This document shows, piece by piece, positions 1-11,500 of a stretch of 64,000 nt of DNA. The notes under the pieces were generated by a model. It was not told the DNA's origin. It saw nothing but the letters and a program-made list of their open reading frames with translations, and searched no databases. Within the stretch, counting starts at the first letter, position 1. Each line of letters opens with the position of its first letter. Where the stretch lies: contig CAKKNE010000005.1 of NCBI GenBank assembly GCA_918797485.1, forward strand, positions 2,790,001-2,854,000, read 5' to 3'. Position numbers and translations under genes: made by a program. This DNA comes from Pelagomonas calceolata (taxonomy: Eukaryota).

Positions 1-1483
1 GCGAGCGGGTCCGCGCCGCCCCGCTTCGGCGGCGGCGGCGCGAGCGCATCTGGTGAAGGAGGCGGCCCGCCGAAGTCGAGGTCGGACTCGCGTTTGGTGG
101 CCGCGCGCTTCTTCTTCTTGGCGGGACCGTCCTTCGGGGCGGCTTTCGGTCGCGCCGCGGCCTTCCAGTGCGCCGCGCCGGCCCAGGCGTTCCGCGCCTG
201 TGTAGGTTGATGATCAGAGACGCGTCAATGGCAAAAAAAGGACGCCGCATAAAAACCGCCAGCCGCGCCGCGTCGAAGAAGTTCGCGTCGCCGGCGCGAG
301 CCAAAGCGCCGCTCACGAGCGCGAAGGCCGCCGTCGCGTCCAGTTCCCCGTCCACCGCCGCCGGCGCGCCCAACCCACCGGCCGTGTCGTTCAACGCCGC
401 GTCGAGCGCCCCCTCCAGATCACCACCGACGTCATCGCCATCGTCGAAGCGACAACCGTCATCGTCATCGTCGGCGCCCGCGAGGAAGCCGCCCTCGTCC
501 TCCGGAACAACCTCCTCGGCCACGACGCCGTCCTCGACCTCTCTTCGTAATTGTGATAAAGCGGGGCAGAACTCCGTCGGAACGGTAGGCAACAAATCCC
601 TCAACGGCTGCACGTGCACGACGGCGTCCTCCTGCCCATCGTCCAGAACACCCGAATCCCCGAACGACACGCAGGCGCCCTCCGCCGCGAGCCTCAACAA
701 AAGCATGGCTCGCGCCGACGTGCCGTCCGTCAATCCACTACCTCCAGAACGAGACAGGCGCGAGAACAGCACGTCCGTCGCGGCCTCGTCCACATCAACG
801 GCGTCGATCTGATCTAGTGAAGCCAATGTCGAGGCGGCGTCTCCTCTTCTCTTCTCCTTCTTCTTCCTCGCTTTCTTCGCCTGCGTCGCTTCGTCGTCGT
901 TCTCGTTCGGCTCGTTGTCCTCCTCCTCGTCATTGTTCTCGTCCTTGCCCCTATGCAACGACTCGAGCACCCTATAAGATGTGGTGAGTGTATCATCGAC
1001 GCGGGAACAATAGATCTTCATGCCGGCCTCGATCGTGCACGACGCCTTCTGGAAGTTCACGGCGCGCTGCGGCCGCTTCTTATCTGTGGAATCCTCGCCC
1101 TTGACGACGTCGCGCATGTGGTCGATGAGCGGCAGGTTCCAGGCGTTCTTGGCGTTGATCTTGCCTTCCGTGGCCATCTTGATGGTCTTCGAGTACATGG
1201 CCGCGACCTCGTCCGCGGACATGTCTACTGCGGCGGTCCTGGCGAGCGCCGCCTTGCCGAAACTACGGCGGCTCGCTACTCCTGAGCGGCGGCGGTTGGT
1301 CTTCTTCTTAGGTTTGGCTTCTTCCTCGTCGCTATCGGACGCCATCAAAGCGGCGCCGCTCGAGAGGCGGCGGCGGCCCTTGGGCTTGGGCTTCGGGACC
1401 TCTTCTCTTTCTTCTTCCTCGTCGCTGGACGCGTCCGCGAGCGCGGAAGCGCCGCTGAGGCGGCGGTTGCGGCGGGCGGGCAT
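1..1483 (-). CDS. NCAPH: Condensin I kleisin subunit CAP-H/Barren/Cnd2 (5' part; runs off window start)
   Basis: Absent from the ORF track because there is no stop in the window. Manual translation from the ATG at 1483 gives MYSKTIKMATEGKINAKNAWNLPLIDHM, VNFQKASCTIEAGMKIYCSRVDD and NAWAGAAHWK, the conserved Cnd2/Barren motifs. Confidence 0.9.
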   Translation of the reverse strand, partial: MPARRNRRLSGASALADASSDEEEEREEVPKPKPKGRRRLSSGAALMASDSDEEEAKPKKKTNRRRSGVASRRSFGKAALARTAAVDMSADEVAAMYSKTIKMATEGKINAKNAWNLPLIDHMRDVVKGEDSTDKKRPQRAVNFQKASCTIEAGMKIYCSRVDDTLTTSYRVLESLHRGKDENNDEEEDNEPNENDDEATQAKKARKKKEKRRGDAASTLASLDQIDAVDVDEAATDVLFSRLSRSGGSGLTDGTSARAMLLLRLAAEGACVSFGDSGVLDDGQEDAVVHVQPLRDLLPTVPTEFCPALSQLRREVEDGVVAEEVVPEDEGGFLAGADDDDDGCRFDDGDDVGGDLEGALDAALNDTAGGLGAPAAVDGELDATAAFALVSGALARAGDANFFDAARLAVFMRRPFFAIDASLIINLHRRGTPGPARRTGRPRRDRKPPRRTVPPRRRSARPPNASPTSTSAGRLLHQMRSRRRRRSGAARTRS

Positions 1484-1981
1484 CTAACAGTGCTTTTTGC
1501 GTTTTTACTGTTTGTACGTCTCTACTGGACCACGCGACGCCGCTGCGCGTTTGCTTAGCGCTGCGTGGGTCTGCGGGGCGGTGTGACGCGCCGCTGCACG
1601 TTCAAAAGTGGGCGTAAGGCCCGCAATCGACGGCAGTTTTAACACAGCCGCAAAGCACAGCCTAGCATGCCTAGCTAGCGTGCGAGGCAGTTTTAGGCGT
1701 CTTGGGCAAAGAGTAACCCCTCCGGCTCAAAATGAGAGACCTAGATGGGGGTTTCGGCGGGTCATGGCCTCAGAGCAAAACGGGCTTGGCCTTGTCCTTG
1801 CCGATGCAAACGGCCTTCGTACAATTGCTGTGGCGCTCATATAATTGTTGTGACGCTTTCGTTTGGTAGCTAGTATACTGCCATTCACATCTGCGAAGTG
1901 ACACGCTTCCAATCGACCTAGGGGAGGAGCATAGACAGCCCAACGTCACTGACTGCTTTTGGTCAGCGCTCACGCCGCACA

Positions 1982-2377
1982 ATGCCCGCCGCAACAACAA
2001 TAACAGCCACCCTCCGCGACAACCGCCTCTTCGCCGCCTACCGACGAAGAGAACGCGTCGACGCCAACACAACAGACACGAGCACGCTCGCGCGGCTCCC
2101 GCTCGACGTCATCTCCAACGCGCTGAGCTACCTGCCGTCGCGGCAGCTGACCAACGTTGTCAAAAATGTAAACGCGCGCTACAAGGAGCTGGCCATGCCC
2201 TTGTTAACTAAACGATTGTTCTGGCTCGAGCGCGAACTCGCGCACGACATGTGGGAGCTCGTGTCTGAGTACGATTACGCGGGCCGGCGGCACTACTACC
2301 AAGAACTATCACGGTTGTGCCGGACGTTGAATTGTCGCACATATATCGAGGACCCGAAGACGGTGCTGACGTCGTGA
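1982..2377 (+). CDS. Small F-box-like protein
   Basis: LARLPLDVISNALSYLPSRQLTNVVKNVNARYKELA matches the F-box pattern LxxLPxDVxxxILSYL...V.+.W/Y; ATG start. Confidence 0.6.
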   Translation: MPAATTITATLRDNRLFAAYRRRERVDANTTDTSTLARLPLDVISNALSYLPSRQLTNVVKNVNARYKELAMPLLTKRLFWLERELAHDMWELVSEYDYAGRRHYYQELSRLCRTLNCRTYIEDPKTVLTS

Positions 2378-2561
2378 CCACACGGCGCGCACGAGTGCAC
2401 ATACGAATGAAAAGAAGACATAAGAAGAAGTGAGATTCATAAACAACAGAGTAGTTAGTTTCCACGTCGCGTCGATGGCGTACTGGGAGGGCCGTCGCGC
2501 CTAGCCCGACGCCGAGCGGCCGTCTCGACGCCGCGTACGGAAACGGGTGGACTGCGCCGCG

Positions 2562-5500
2562 TCAGAGCCCGTCAAACGGATCCTCCTTCACCGGCGGACA
2601 CCTCAGCTCCGCCCCAATATGGTCGCCCTTCGGCCGGCCGCAGACGCAGCTGCCAAAGGCCGCGGCCATAACATCAATCTTGAACGTGCCCCCTCCTTCT
2701 GCTTTCTGGGGCGGACTCGCGAAGGGGTCCGCGAAGGGGTCGGCCTTCGTTTCGGTGGGGGCCAGGAGATCGCCGAGCAGGTCGGCGCCCTTTTTTGGAG
2801 GCGCCGGCGCGAAGGGGTCGGGTACCGCTGCTGGCGCATTGGTCATGCCCGAGAAGATCGGGTCTAGGAGAGGCGGCGCCGGCGCCGGCGTTGGCGTTGG
2901 CGCCAACAGATCGCCACCGGCGAAGGGGTCCGCGAGCAAGTCTGGCGGCTGCTGCTTGGGCGGCGGCTGCGGCTTGGGCGGCGAGAATTGGCCGAAGGGC
3001 GCCGGCCGCGGCGGCGTCGTGCGCGCGGGCATCGTCGGCGGCCGCGGCGGCGTCTTCGGGCGCGGCGGTGGTTTCGGCGGCGTCTTCCGCAACGGATCAA
3101 ACGCAGCAGCAGCTACTTGCGGCGGCGGCGTCTTGGGCTTTGGAGGCGGCGGCGGCACGACGGGTTTGGGAGGCGCCGCCGGCCTAGCGCGCAGACACGC
3201 CCGATAGTCGAACGCGAGCATCGACGGCCTCCTGAGACGGTGCAACGGCTGCTTCTGGTCGATGGCGTGGCCCCGAGCCACGACCAACAAGCCACCATGC
3301 GCGTGGCGCCACAACGACCCCTTCCGGCCGCCTAATGATGAATTCGTCCAGGCCGGCTTGGAACCCAGAATTTGGATCGCAGCTAAGGCGTCGACCATGG
3401 CGATGGGGACACACCTAACCGCTCTAGGTGGCGGTGGGGCATCCGTACGCGTAGCGACATGGCCCAAGGCGACGTAATTCCCATCCGGCGGCACGGGCGC
3501 CCAGCCGTACACGCTTCGATCGCCCTGCGGCAGGTGCCAGACCTGTCTATAGCGAATAGGGGGTGGAAAGAGTCGTTCCGCACAGGCCTTGAGCCATCTT
3601 GTTCTGTTTCTTCTAAAGGTGTACTGATCGGACAGTTCTAGGCATAGAACACCTGAAACCTCGTTCTGGTTCGAGTCCCAGGCCATCTCCAGTTGATTCT
3701 CGTCGAAGTTTGAATTAAGCAACGGATCCGCGACGCCCTCCGTCAGGTAGTCTCCCAGCGACAACCGTAGTTTAGAGGACGTCGCTCGCGTGCCCGACAG
3801 CCGCCATAATGAGATAGGTTTACCGGAAGCCGTTCCGAGAGAGGACCAGACCGGCTCCAATTTCTTCGGAGGCTGGAGCTTAATATGTAGACCTTTCAAA
3901 TCTTCGGAGGCCAATCGTTTAGCATAAGCTAAAGTCTCATCGTCCAAAACGTCATTGTCATCGGTAGCGCGCCGAGCCTCGCTATGCAAGTTCTCCTTCG
4001 ACGGCTTCTGGGCGCCGTCCGCATCCAAAGCTTTTTCGTGGAGCTTCCGTCTCGCGGCTTTCGCGCGAGCTTCGGCTTCTCTGGGGTCCGGTTTCCGCCA
4101 CGGGTTCAAGGCATCGACGGCCTTCAGGAGAGCGTTGCGATCCATCCTCGGCGCTGGGCTTGGTACGGCCGGTCTTAAGCGAGGTAATGAGAGGAACGGA
4201 GACTTTAACAGGTCTCTGGGAGCCGCATCTCTAAGTCCAGCCCTAAGTTCATCTAGCGCAATCCACCCATCCCCATTCAAATCCATGGCGTCCGCCAGGT
4301 TGTCACATAAATCATTTCGAGCGTCGTCGAGCGCTTTCCTTTGTCTAAAATCAACATGTGCTGCTAAACCAAAGGCACCTAGACCCAACCAGTGCACCGC
4401 AGAAGCCACCGCGGCAACAGGTGCCAATCTCCCGGGATCATAGGTCTGCTGGTGCCGCATGGCCTTCGACGCTCGCGCGCACCTCCTTAGCAGTGCTGCT
4501 GCCGGAATACCTCTTCGTTGTAAAGCTAATCTCACGGCTCGATGGGCCGCTCGGTACTCGACGACCGCGGCTTCTTCATCAACAACTAACGCCGCCACAC
4601 CATGCCTCATGGGAGCGTTTATCGGGTCAATTCTTTCGTCCTCATCCACGACAGACCCTTCGACGGTGGGTCTTTTGCCGAACGCTGCTCCTAACCAACC
4701 AGCAGCTCCAAATAATGCCACTTGCGGCCTCCTTCGAGATTTACGGATGTCGTCCCTGAACCTCACCCGTTCCGCGGGCGGCGTCGCTTGTAACGCTCTC
4801 AGCAGCAAAGCGCCGTGCTTCGGCGACACGTCGTCGGCGTTGTCAAAGAATTGCAATTGAGCTAAAGCCGTTGAATCTCTCTCTAGATCGGGCCGCGGGC
4901 GTGCCTTCGTCGCATCTAATACTAACCCAACACCGGGTGCCAGCGGGTCGTCTAAACGAGTAGTACCTTCTGAAGGAGTGCTCCCGTCCCACGAACCAAC
5001 AATCCTCAGAGCTGTGCGAGCTGGTAATGACGCGTTGCCTCGAAACGACGCATGGAGCGCGCCTCGCATGTGCTCGGCTTCGGCCAAAGACAACACGACA
5101 TACGAAGCCCCGCCACCTTGGTCCGCTCTCCGTAGAGCCAACCGCTGAAACGCATCCGCAAAGAGCTCCGGCGACGACGCGTCCCTGTCACTCGTCTCGC
5201 GGACGTTCGCACAAGCCAACAAATGTTGCGACCGCTCCTGATCTATTTGATCCAGCTTCTTCAGATCAGTTTCTGAAGAAGTAAATGCTAACACTTGACT
5301 ACCACCGGTCTCCGCCGCGAACGCATTTTCTGCCGCTCGTGCTTCCTGAGCCTGCTTCGCTCTACGAGCACTGCCTTCCTCTCTGAAAGTTGTGGCTTCA
5401 GAAACATAGTCAAAGGCTCTCCTCAGAGACCCACGAGCCGTATCCGACAAGGATCGCACAGACTGCCCATTGGCCAACGCGAGGTCGGCCGCGGCTTCAT

Positions 5501-8500
5501 CAACAATTGTACCCTGGTCGTTGGGATCCCACTCCAACACGACCGTGACGTTCTTTAATCTACGAGGTGCCGACTGCCTCCATGCCGGTCTAAAATAATT
5601 GGGAGAGACGCGTAAATCAGGTGTGAAGTTGACCCGAGGCGGCTTTGACTGCAAATAAGATCTCCTATAAACACCAAACTCCGACAGGGCGTAGAACGGA
5701 TGCCGCGGATCCACCGGTCTCCTCAAAGTATCCAACGACCACGGAATAGGCGCCTCGTCGTCCCTCACGTATCTTTGGGGCTCCGGAGCATCTCTCTTAG
5801 CTAATTCATCAACTATCACCTCCTCCTCCTGCCTACGCTCCTGCTCCTGCTCCTGCTCCTGTTCCTGCTCCTCCTCCTCTTCGGCCTCCTCTTCTTGCAC
5901 GGCCTCGAAGGCCCAGGCCTGCTGGTTCTTGGCTCGCGAGGCACTTTCGGCCGCGGCTACTTGCTGCAACATACGTTGTGCGGTGCCGAAGTCAGAAGCG
6001 GAATTCATCAGGTCCGCGTGGTCTTCGATCGTCTGCGCTATTCTCTCCGATGTGGGTCTAGGGGTTGGTACTGCATTCTCGACCGTGAAGTCGACTCGAG
6101 TCCGGAAGACATCTAAGCACCCTCTCAATCTTGATTCCTGCTCACCGGCCACGCCCACATTATTACTTGAAGAAATAAGGGTAGCGTGGGCCACCTTGCG
6201 AGCGACGTTCTGCACATTTTGCTCAGCAAGAACAAAAAAGTTCACGCGTTCTCTCCGGATCTGATTGACCGCCAACCACGACAGAACTCGCACCAAGCCT
6301 TTCTGGGACCAGCCTTCATCGATATCCTTGCGAACATCTGACAAGGGTGCTTTAGTAGCTTCAGAAACGCAATTGGCGATCTGCGGGATCAAGAACAGTC
6401 TGCATCTTTGCCCGGCGCCGAGTCTCCTCAATCTAAATGCTGCTTGGGCCGCATCTCTCAATGTTGTGTCTTTCGAAACAGTTAAAGCCGCGACGCAGTC
6501 GACGCGCTGCTTGACATCTAAACCCGTACAGTGGGCGTGATCGTAAAAGGTGAAGCGTCTCCCAGGCTTGAGATTGGCCGTTAACGCATCTGTTACTTTA
6601 GTACCGCCTCCGTCAGAACGGGAACAGATGCAGGCCACATCCTCCTCATCGTAGAAGAGGACGCCGTCGACGTGTCGGAGTCCCGTCGTGATGAGGTACT
6701 CCGCGACTTCTCTGTTCGACAATCCTGTGACTAAAGCACCGCAGTCGATCAATGCTAGGAACTCGTCAGAGGTAGCGATGATCTCCAGTAACTTCTTGGG
6801 CGTCCATCCCGGCTGCACTAAATATTTAGAAACAACATCTGAATCGGCCAGTACCCTATTAATCCTTCCATCCGTAGCCTTCTCGTAGACACACACGCCC
6901 AACTCGGCGGGTACGAGGTCGTTCGGCGTCCCCGAAAAGCCAATACGGACGTCGAAAATTGCCTCGCCGCCTAGTTCCTGGCCCGAGGCCGCGAGCTTTG
7001 AGGGTCTCAGTGCCAGCGTCTCCGGGAAGCTTCTCCTCCACAGATAGTCCCTCCCCGCAGCCTTTGAACTTCTGAGTAGCTCATACACGGGTCTCACTTG
7101 ACTGTCGTCCTGTAAATCTAGGAAGTGGACCGGCCAGACCTCGGGACGGCTATCCTCGATGTCTAACAATCTACTTTTCGAGGTTTTGAGGCCCCGCATC
7201 CTGCCACCAGCGAGTTGCACATATCTCGCATATCTTTTAAAAGATTTTCGTTTTTTTATGGGGCCCGTTTCCCTCCTAAAATCTCTCTGGAGGTCATGTA
7301 ACAACCACAAGACATCACCGTACCTCAACCCTTCATGGAATACGGCTAGCGTCGTGAGTCCAATTAAGACATCTGGGTGAGAAAATTCAGACGCGTCTGA
7401 AGGTCTATCTTTCCCAACAAAGGGCACTGCAAGTAATCTTCGTGCTAGAGGCACGGCTTCCAAATGTTTCTCTGTGACTACAGACCCTTCCGCGTCGGCG
7501 TGTCTTCTAGCTGCTCGCTCCAAATCAGCTGGCGACAGCAGCCCGTACGCGACCCTATCTACACGACTAAGGGCAAAGGGCAGCATATGCGTGAGCCACG
7601 AATGATATAAATTCAAGAGTTTGGCCTGGTCGTCGGAACAGCAACTATCAACGGCTTGAGCCGCTCGCTTCCGATCCTCGCCTTCGCCTATCAAGTAATG
7701 AAGCACTAATGAGTCGTCTAGGTCACCAAGGTTGCCCGCATACGCGGCACCCGCTAGAGCAGCTGCGGCTCTTGTCGGTGATCTTAATAAAAGTAAAACC
7801 CACCGTGCGAGCACGGGTTTTAGTGAAGCGACATACCACTTCTCGGAAACGAGAGTAGGGTGCGGCCGCGCTTGCAGGTGGCCCTTCTCCAACCCATCCT
7901 GGACGATGTCATCGATCTCCTGCCGAGCGGCCGCGAGCTGCCTTCTAGTAGCTACTCCTTCGTCGTCGCCCCCGAAAAACGCGTCGTCGACCGACGCCTT
8001 CTCGCGAGAAGCTTCTCGGACCTCGTCCCCGTCGGCCTCCAGACAGTCGTCATCACTCTCAAGAGCCTGGTCCTCGTCCTCGCCCTCCTCATCACTGTCG
8101 TCGTCGCTATCTACGACAATAGACGGGAGTAGTTGTCGACCTAATGCCGCGCCAATAACCGCATCAAGTAAAAGATAAGGTACCCTCCATCGAAGACCCG
8201 TCGGATTCGTCGCCGCCGTGAAATCGAGAGGCGCCCGCGCACCCAAGGGCCAATTGAGCTCCGACTTGAGCGGATCCAGGATGACGTCCACTTCGTCGAC
8301 GATGGCCACACTGTTGCTCTTGAGCATTTCTAGTATGGAGGACGCGACTTGGGCCTGGGCTCTCAATGACCTCAGTTCGGCTTCTCGCTCCGTCCGCTCC
8401 GCAGCCCCAGCAATCTTCCTTTCGAGCTCTGATGACTGGGCTTCCGGCTTCGCGTCGAGACCTAATGCTGCCGCTCGCGCCTTGTCGTTCGCTTTCGATT

Positions 8501-11500
8501 TCGCTGACTTGAACAGTGAGGAAAAGGTCGACTGCTTCCGCTTCGCCAAATTCCTCTCCTTCGATGTCCTATGGGAATCTTGCGTAAAGCGCGAGGCCTC
8601 GTCCAGGTGATGTAAAACTTCGACGGACTTGAGAAACAGGGCCTTCATGGCCGTAGGATCCGACAGTAACACGCCACCATCCCGCGTGATCGCTCGTAAT
8701 TTCTTCAGGAGTGATATCCCCATGAAGGTTCGCCTCCCGAACCTCAACCTTCGTACCGGTCGTCTCCCGAGCGACGGTCGTGACAAGGCCTTCTGGAGGA
8801 CATTCCGCGTGAATACTACGAGAGCGTGGGGGACCACGACGACCACTAGTGTCTTGCCATCAGCTAGGGAAGCGACTAACGACGGTGTTAAGACCGTGGT
8901 TTTACCGCTACCCATGATCATCTGCCTTAGTGAAGATTTCTTTGCAGAGGCATCATCACATAGGGTTCGCGCCGTGTGGACTTGCGCCTCCCTCAAAATG
9001 ATGTCCCAGGCGCGCTCCATGAGGAAGAGCCGAGCGTCGTACACATATGAAGAGTTTCGTTGTGAGGGTTGCGCTTTATGTTGAGGTACTAATGTCGACC
9101 CATCCGCATTGCGGAAGTGCTTCCTCGTCTCGCACAACGTCGCCGCGAGCGCCTCGGCCTCCAAAACTAGTTCGCGCCAGTCGTCTTTTGTACTGACGCG
9201 CTCTTCCAATCTACGAGCGGCCCGACACCCCCGTCGAGCTGCGGCACACCTCCCTTCTAACAGAGCGACACCACAAGCCAGTGCACTAATATCAGGCCTT
9301 TCGGCACGGCCCTGCGCGAGCGCTCGTAGCACGTCGCCCAACGTTCGTTTCCTGCGAGCACAACCGACGGACGCGTGCCACCTTCTCTCATCCTCATCAG
9401 AACCGTCCAAGAGCGATGAGAGTCGTCTTCTGGCGACTCTAGCCTTCGCCGCGTCGCGTTGCACGGCACTTGATAATGAATCAGCTAACGTTTTCGCCGT
9501 CTGTTTCGCTTTGGCCCTGTCTCCTTTCTCATCAAAGCCTAACAATGAAGGAACTTCCCGCTCCCTCTCTAGGGCGCCATCTTCCCTTGCCGCATGGTGT
9601 AATCGTTGTACATAGGCTGAGGCGGTAGGTTCGCCGGCCACGGCAGTCGTTGACAGGTCGTAGGGCGGCGTGGACGAGACGTTCCGCGACCGTATCGACG
9701 TGATCACAAGACCGTCAGGAGCGCCGTGGGCGATGGCATCTTCCACCAACGCCGCGTCGAAGGACGGCGGTCCCGTGGTGGCGTGGCCCAGAGCGCGTCG
9801 CGCCTCGTCAGGATCAAAAGGTACGCTATCGGCGGCGACCTCGGTATACGTTTCTTTCGTACTGATGGATGCCATGACCGATGGTGGTCTGGTAGAAGAC
9901 AGGGGTGGTCGATTCGCGTCCGGGAGTAATTCGCCGGCCTTGTGCGCCGCTCGCAGCGCCGTCGCCAGGCCGACCCAGGCCTTCTTTAAAGGCTGGGTGG
10001 CGTCGCCCGAACTGATGATGGACTCCATGTATCCGCTCGGTTTTTCTGGAGGTAAGTACCTAGGAGCCTTGCCCGATCTTGAGAGTGATTGCGCTAATGC
10101 TGCTCTACGCGCAAGTATAGCCAGAGTAGAATAACAGAGCACACCGCCATCGTCCAAGCCACCCCTCCCTCCAGCAGCATCAAAGGCCCGCTCGTACAAA
10201 TGGAGTAGAGCTACGCCCCACCCAAAAGCGCCGTCGCGGTCTCCTACCCGTAATGGTAGGGTATTGGTCAACAACTCGTAACAAACGCCAAATGGCGTAG
10301 CACCAAAACACCCGTCTCTCGTTGCATCGGCTTTGGCGCCCTCCAGGGACTCTCCGACCGTACCTCCTGAGAAGGCCACGGATTTCCGCAACCAGGCTAT
10401 GGCTCTTCCGCCAAGCACGGATGCCGACCTAGGAGGCCCCTGGACGGGCAAGCCCGTTTGGGAATCAGTCGCGGGCACCTCGAACCCACAAGGCCTCATG
10501 TAGGGCGCGGCCCAGGCCGTCGGTTTTGCTCTTCTACATCTTTCATCGGGCCAGCGGCAGGCCGCCCACGCGATGTCGACGCAAACGCGCGCTTCTGATA
10601 CCACTAATGAAGGCGCGATGGCGTAATCTTGCAAGGTAGGTTGGCTATGAGACTGCACACATAAAGAGCGGTTGGCCACCGCCCTTCTAAGAGGCGCGTC
10701 ACAGGCATCGTCCCGAAAACCCAAAGGAGCTCTTCGTCGTTCCACCTCTGCAAGCGCTCTAGCCTCCTCCGCTTCACTAAAAGCACATTGCGCATTTATG
10801 CGACGAGCGTGGTGCACAACCATGGCCGCCTCCTCGGCGAAGGCCCAGGGCCAATCATCCACACTGATGAAAGCGTCGCAGCCGCAGTCGAGGGTCGCCA
10901 GGGATAATTTCAACCGACACGCTCTCGCGTCCGCTTCAATATCATTCTGGCAGGCTGACAGCGCGGATATCAAACAATCGACGAGCGGTGGTCTTGCCTC
11001 GTCCGAGGCGCACGCTGGGGCTACGGCAGCAGCGGCGTCGTACCTCCTTGCCAAGCATAACCTCAAAACCTGAGCAACGGCGGCACACGCATCGTCCGGC
11101 ACCAATTGACCTTGTAGACGATCCACACCATATAAATGGTGGCCCGCGTCGTGCTTGCGCCACCGACTATCGTCGTGATCGAACACAACTCTCTTGCCGG
11201 TCGGTGTCCGGAACGGTCTAGAACCCGCGGACGTGAGTACTTTCAAGTCAAAGGTGTCCGGATCTCGCAACACCACGCAAGCGCCCAGCGGCGCGACCAA
11301 ATTCAACGCATCGCCGCGTCGATCCAGGTCGTCGTCCTCACCGCGCAGCGCCGTAGCATCGATCAGCGCATACCCGTCGTACTCGTCGCAATAGTAGCGA
11401 CCTTCATTCAAACGTAGTGTGATGCGCAAGCGAGGCAGTTCGATGATCGAGACTTGCGCCTCGGGGTCGTCTTGTTGACCGGCCCACATCGACTTCTCCG

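Noticed and set aside
168..1487. Plus-strand ORFs 168..812, 953..1285 and 1020..1487
   Set aside because: Ser/Arg-rich antisense shadows of the minus-strand condensin CAP-H gene.
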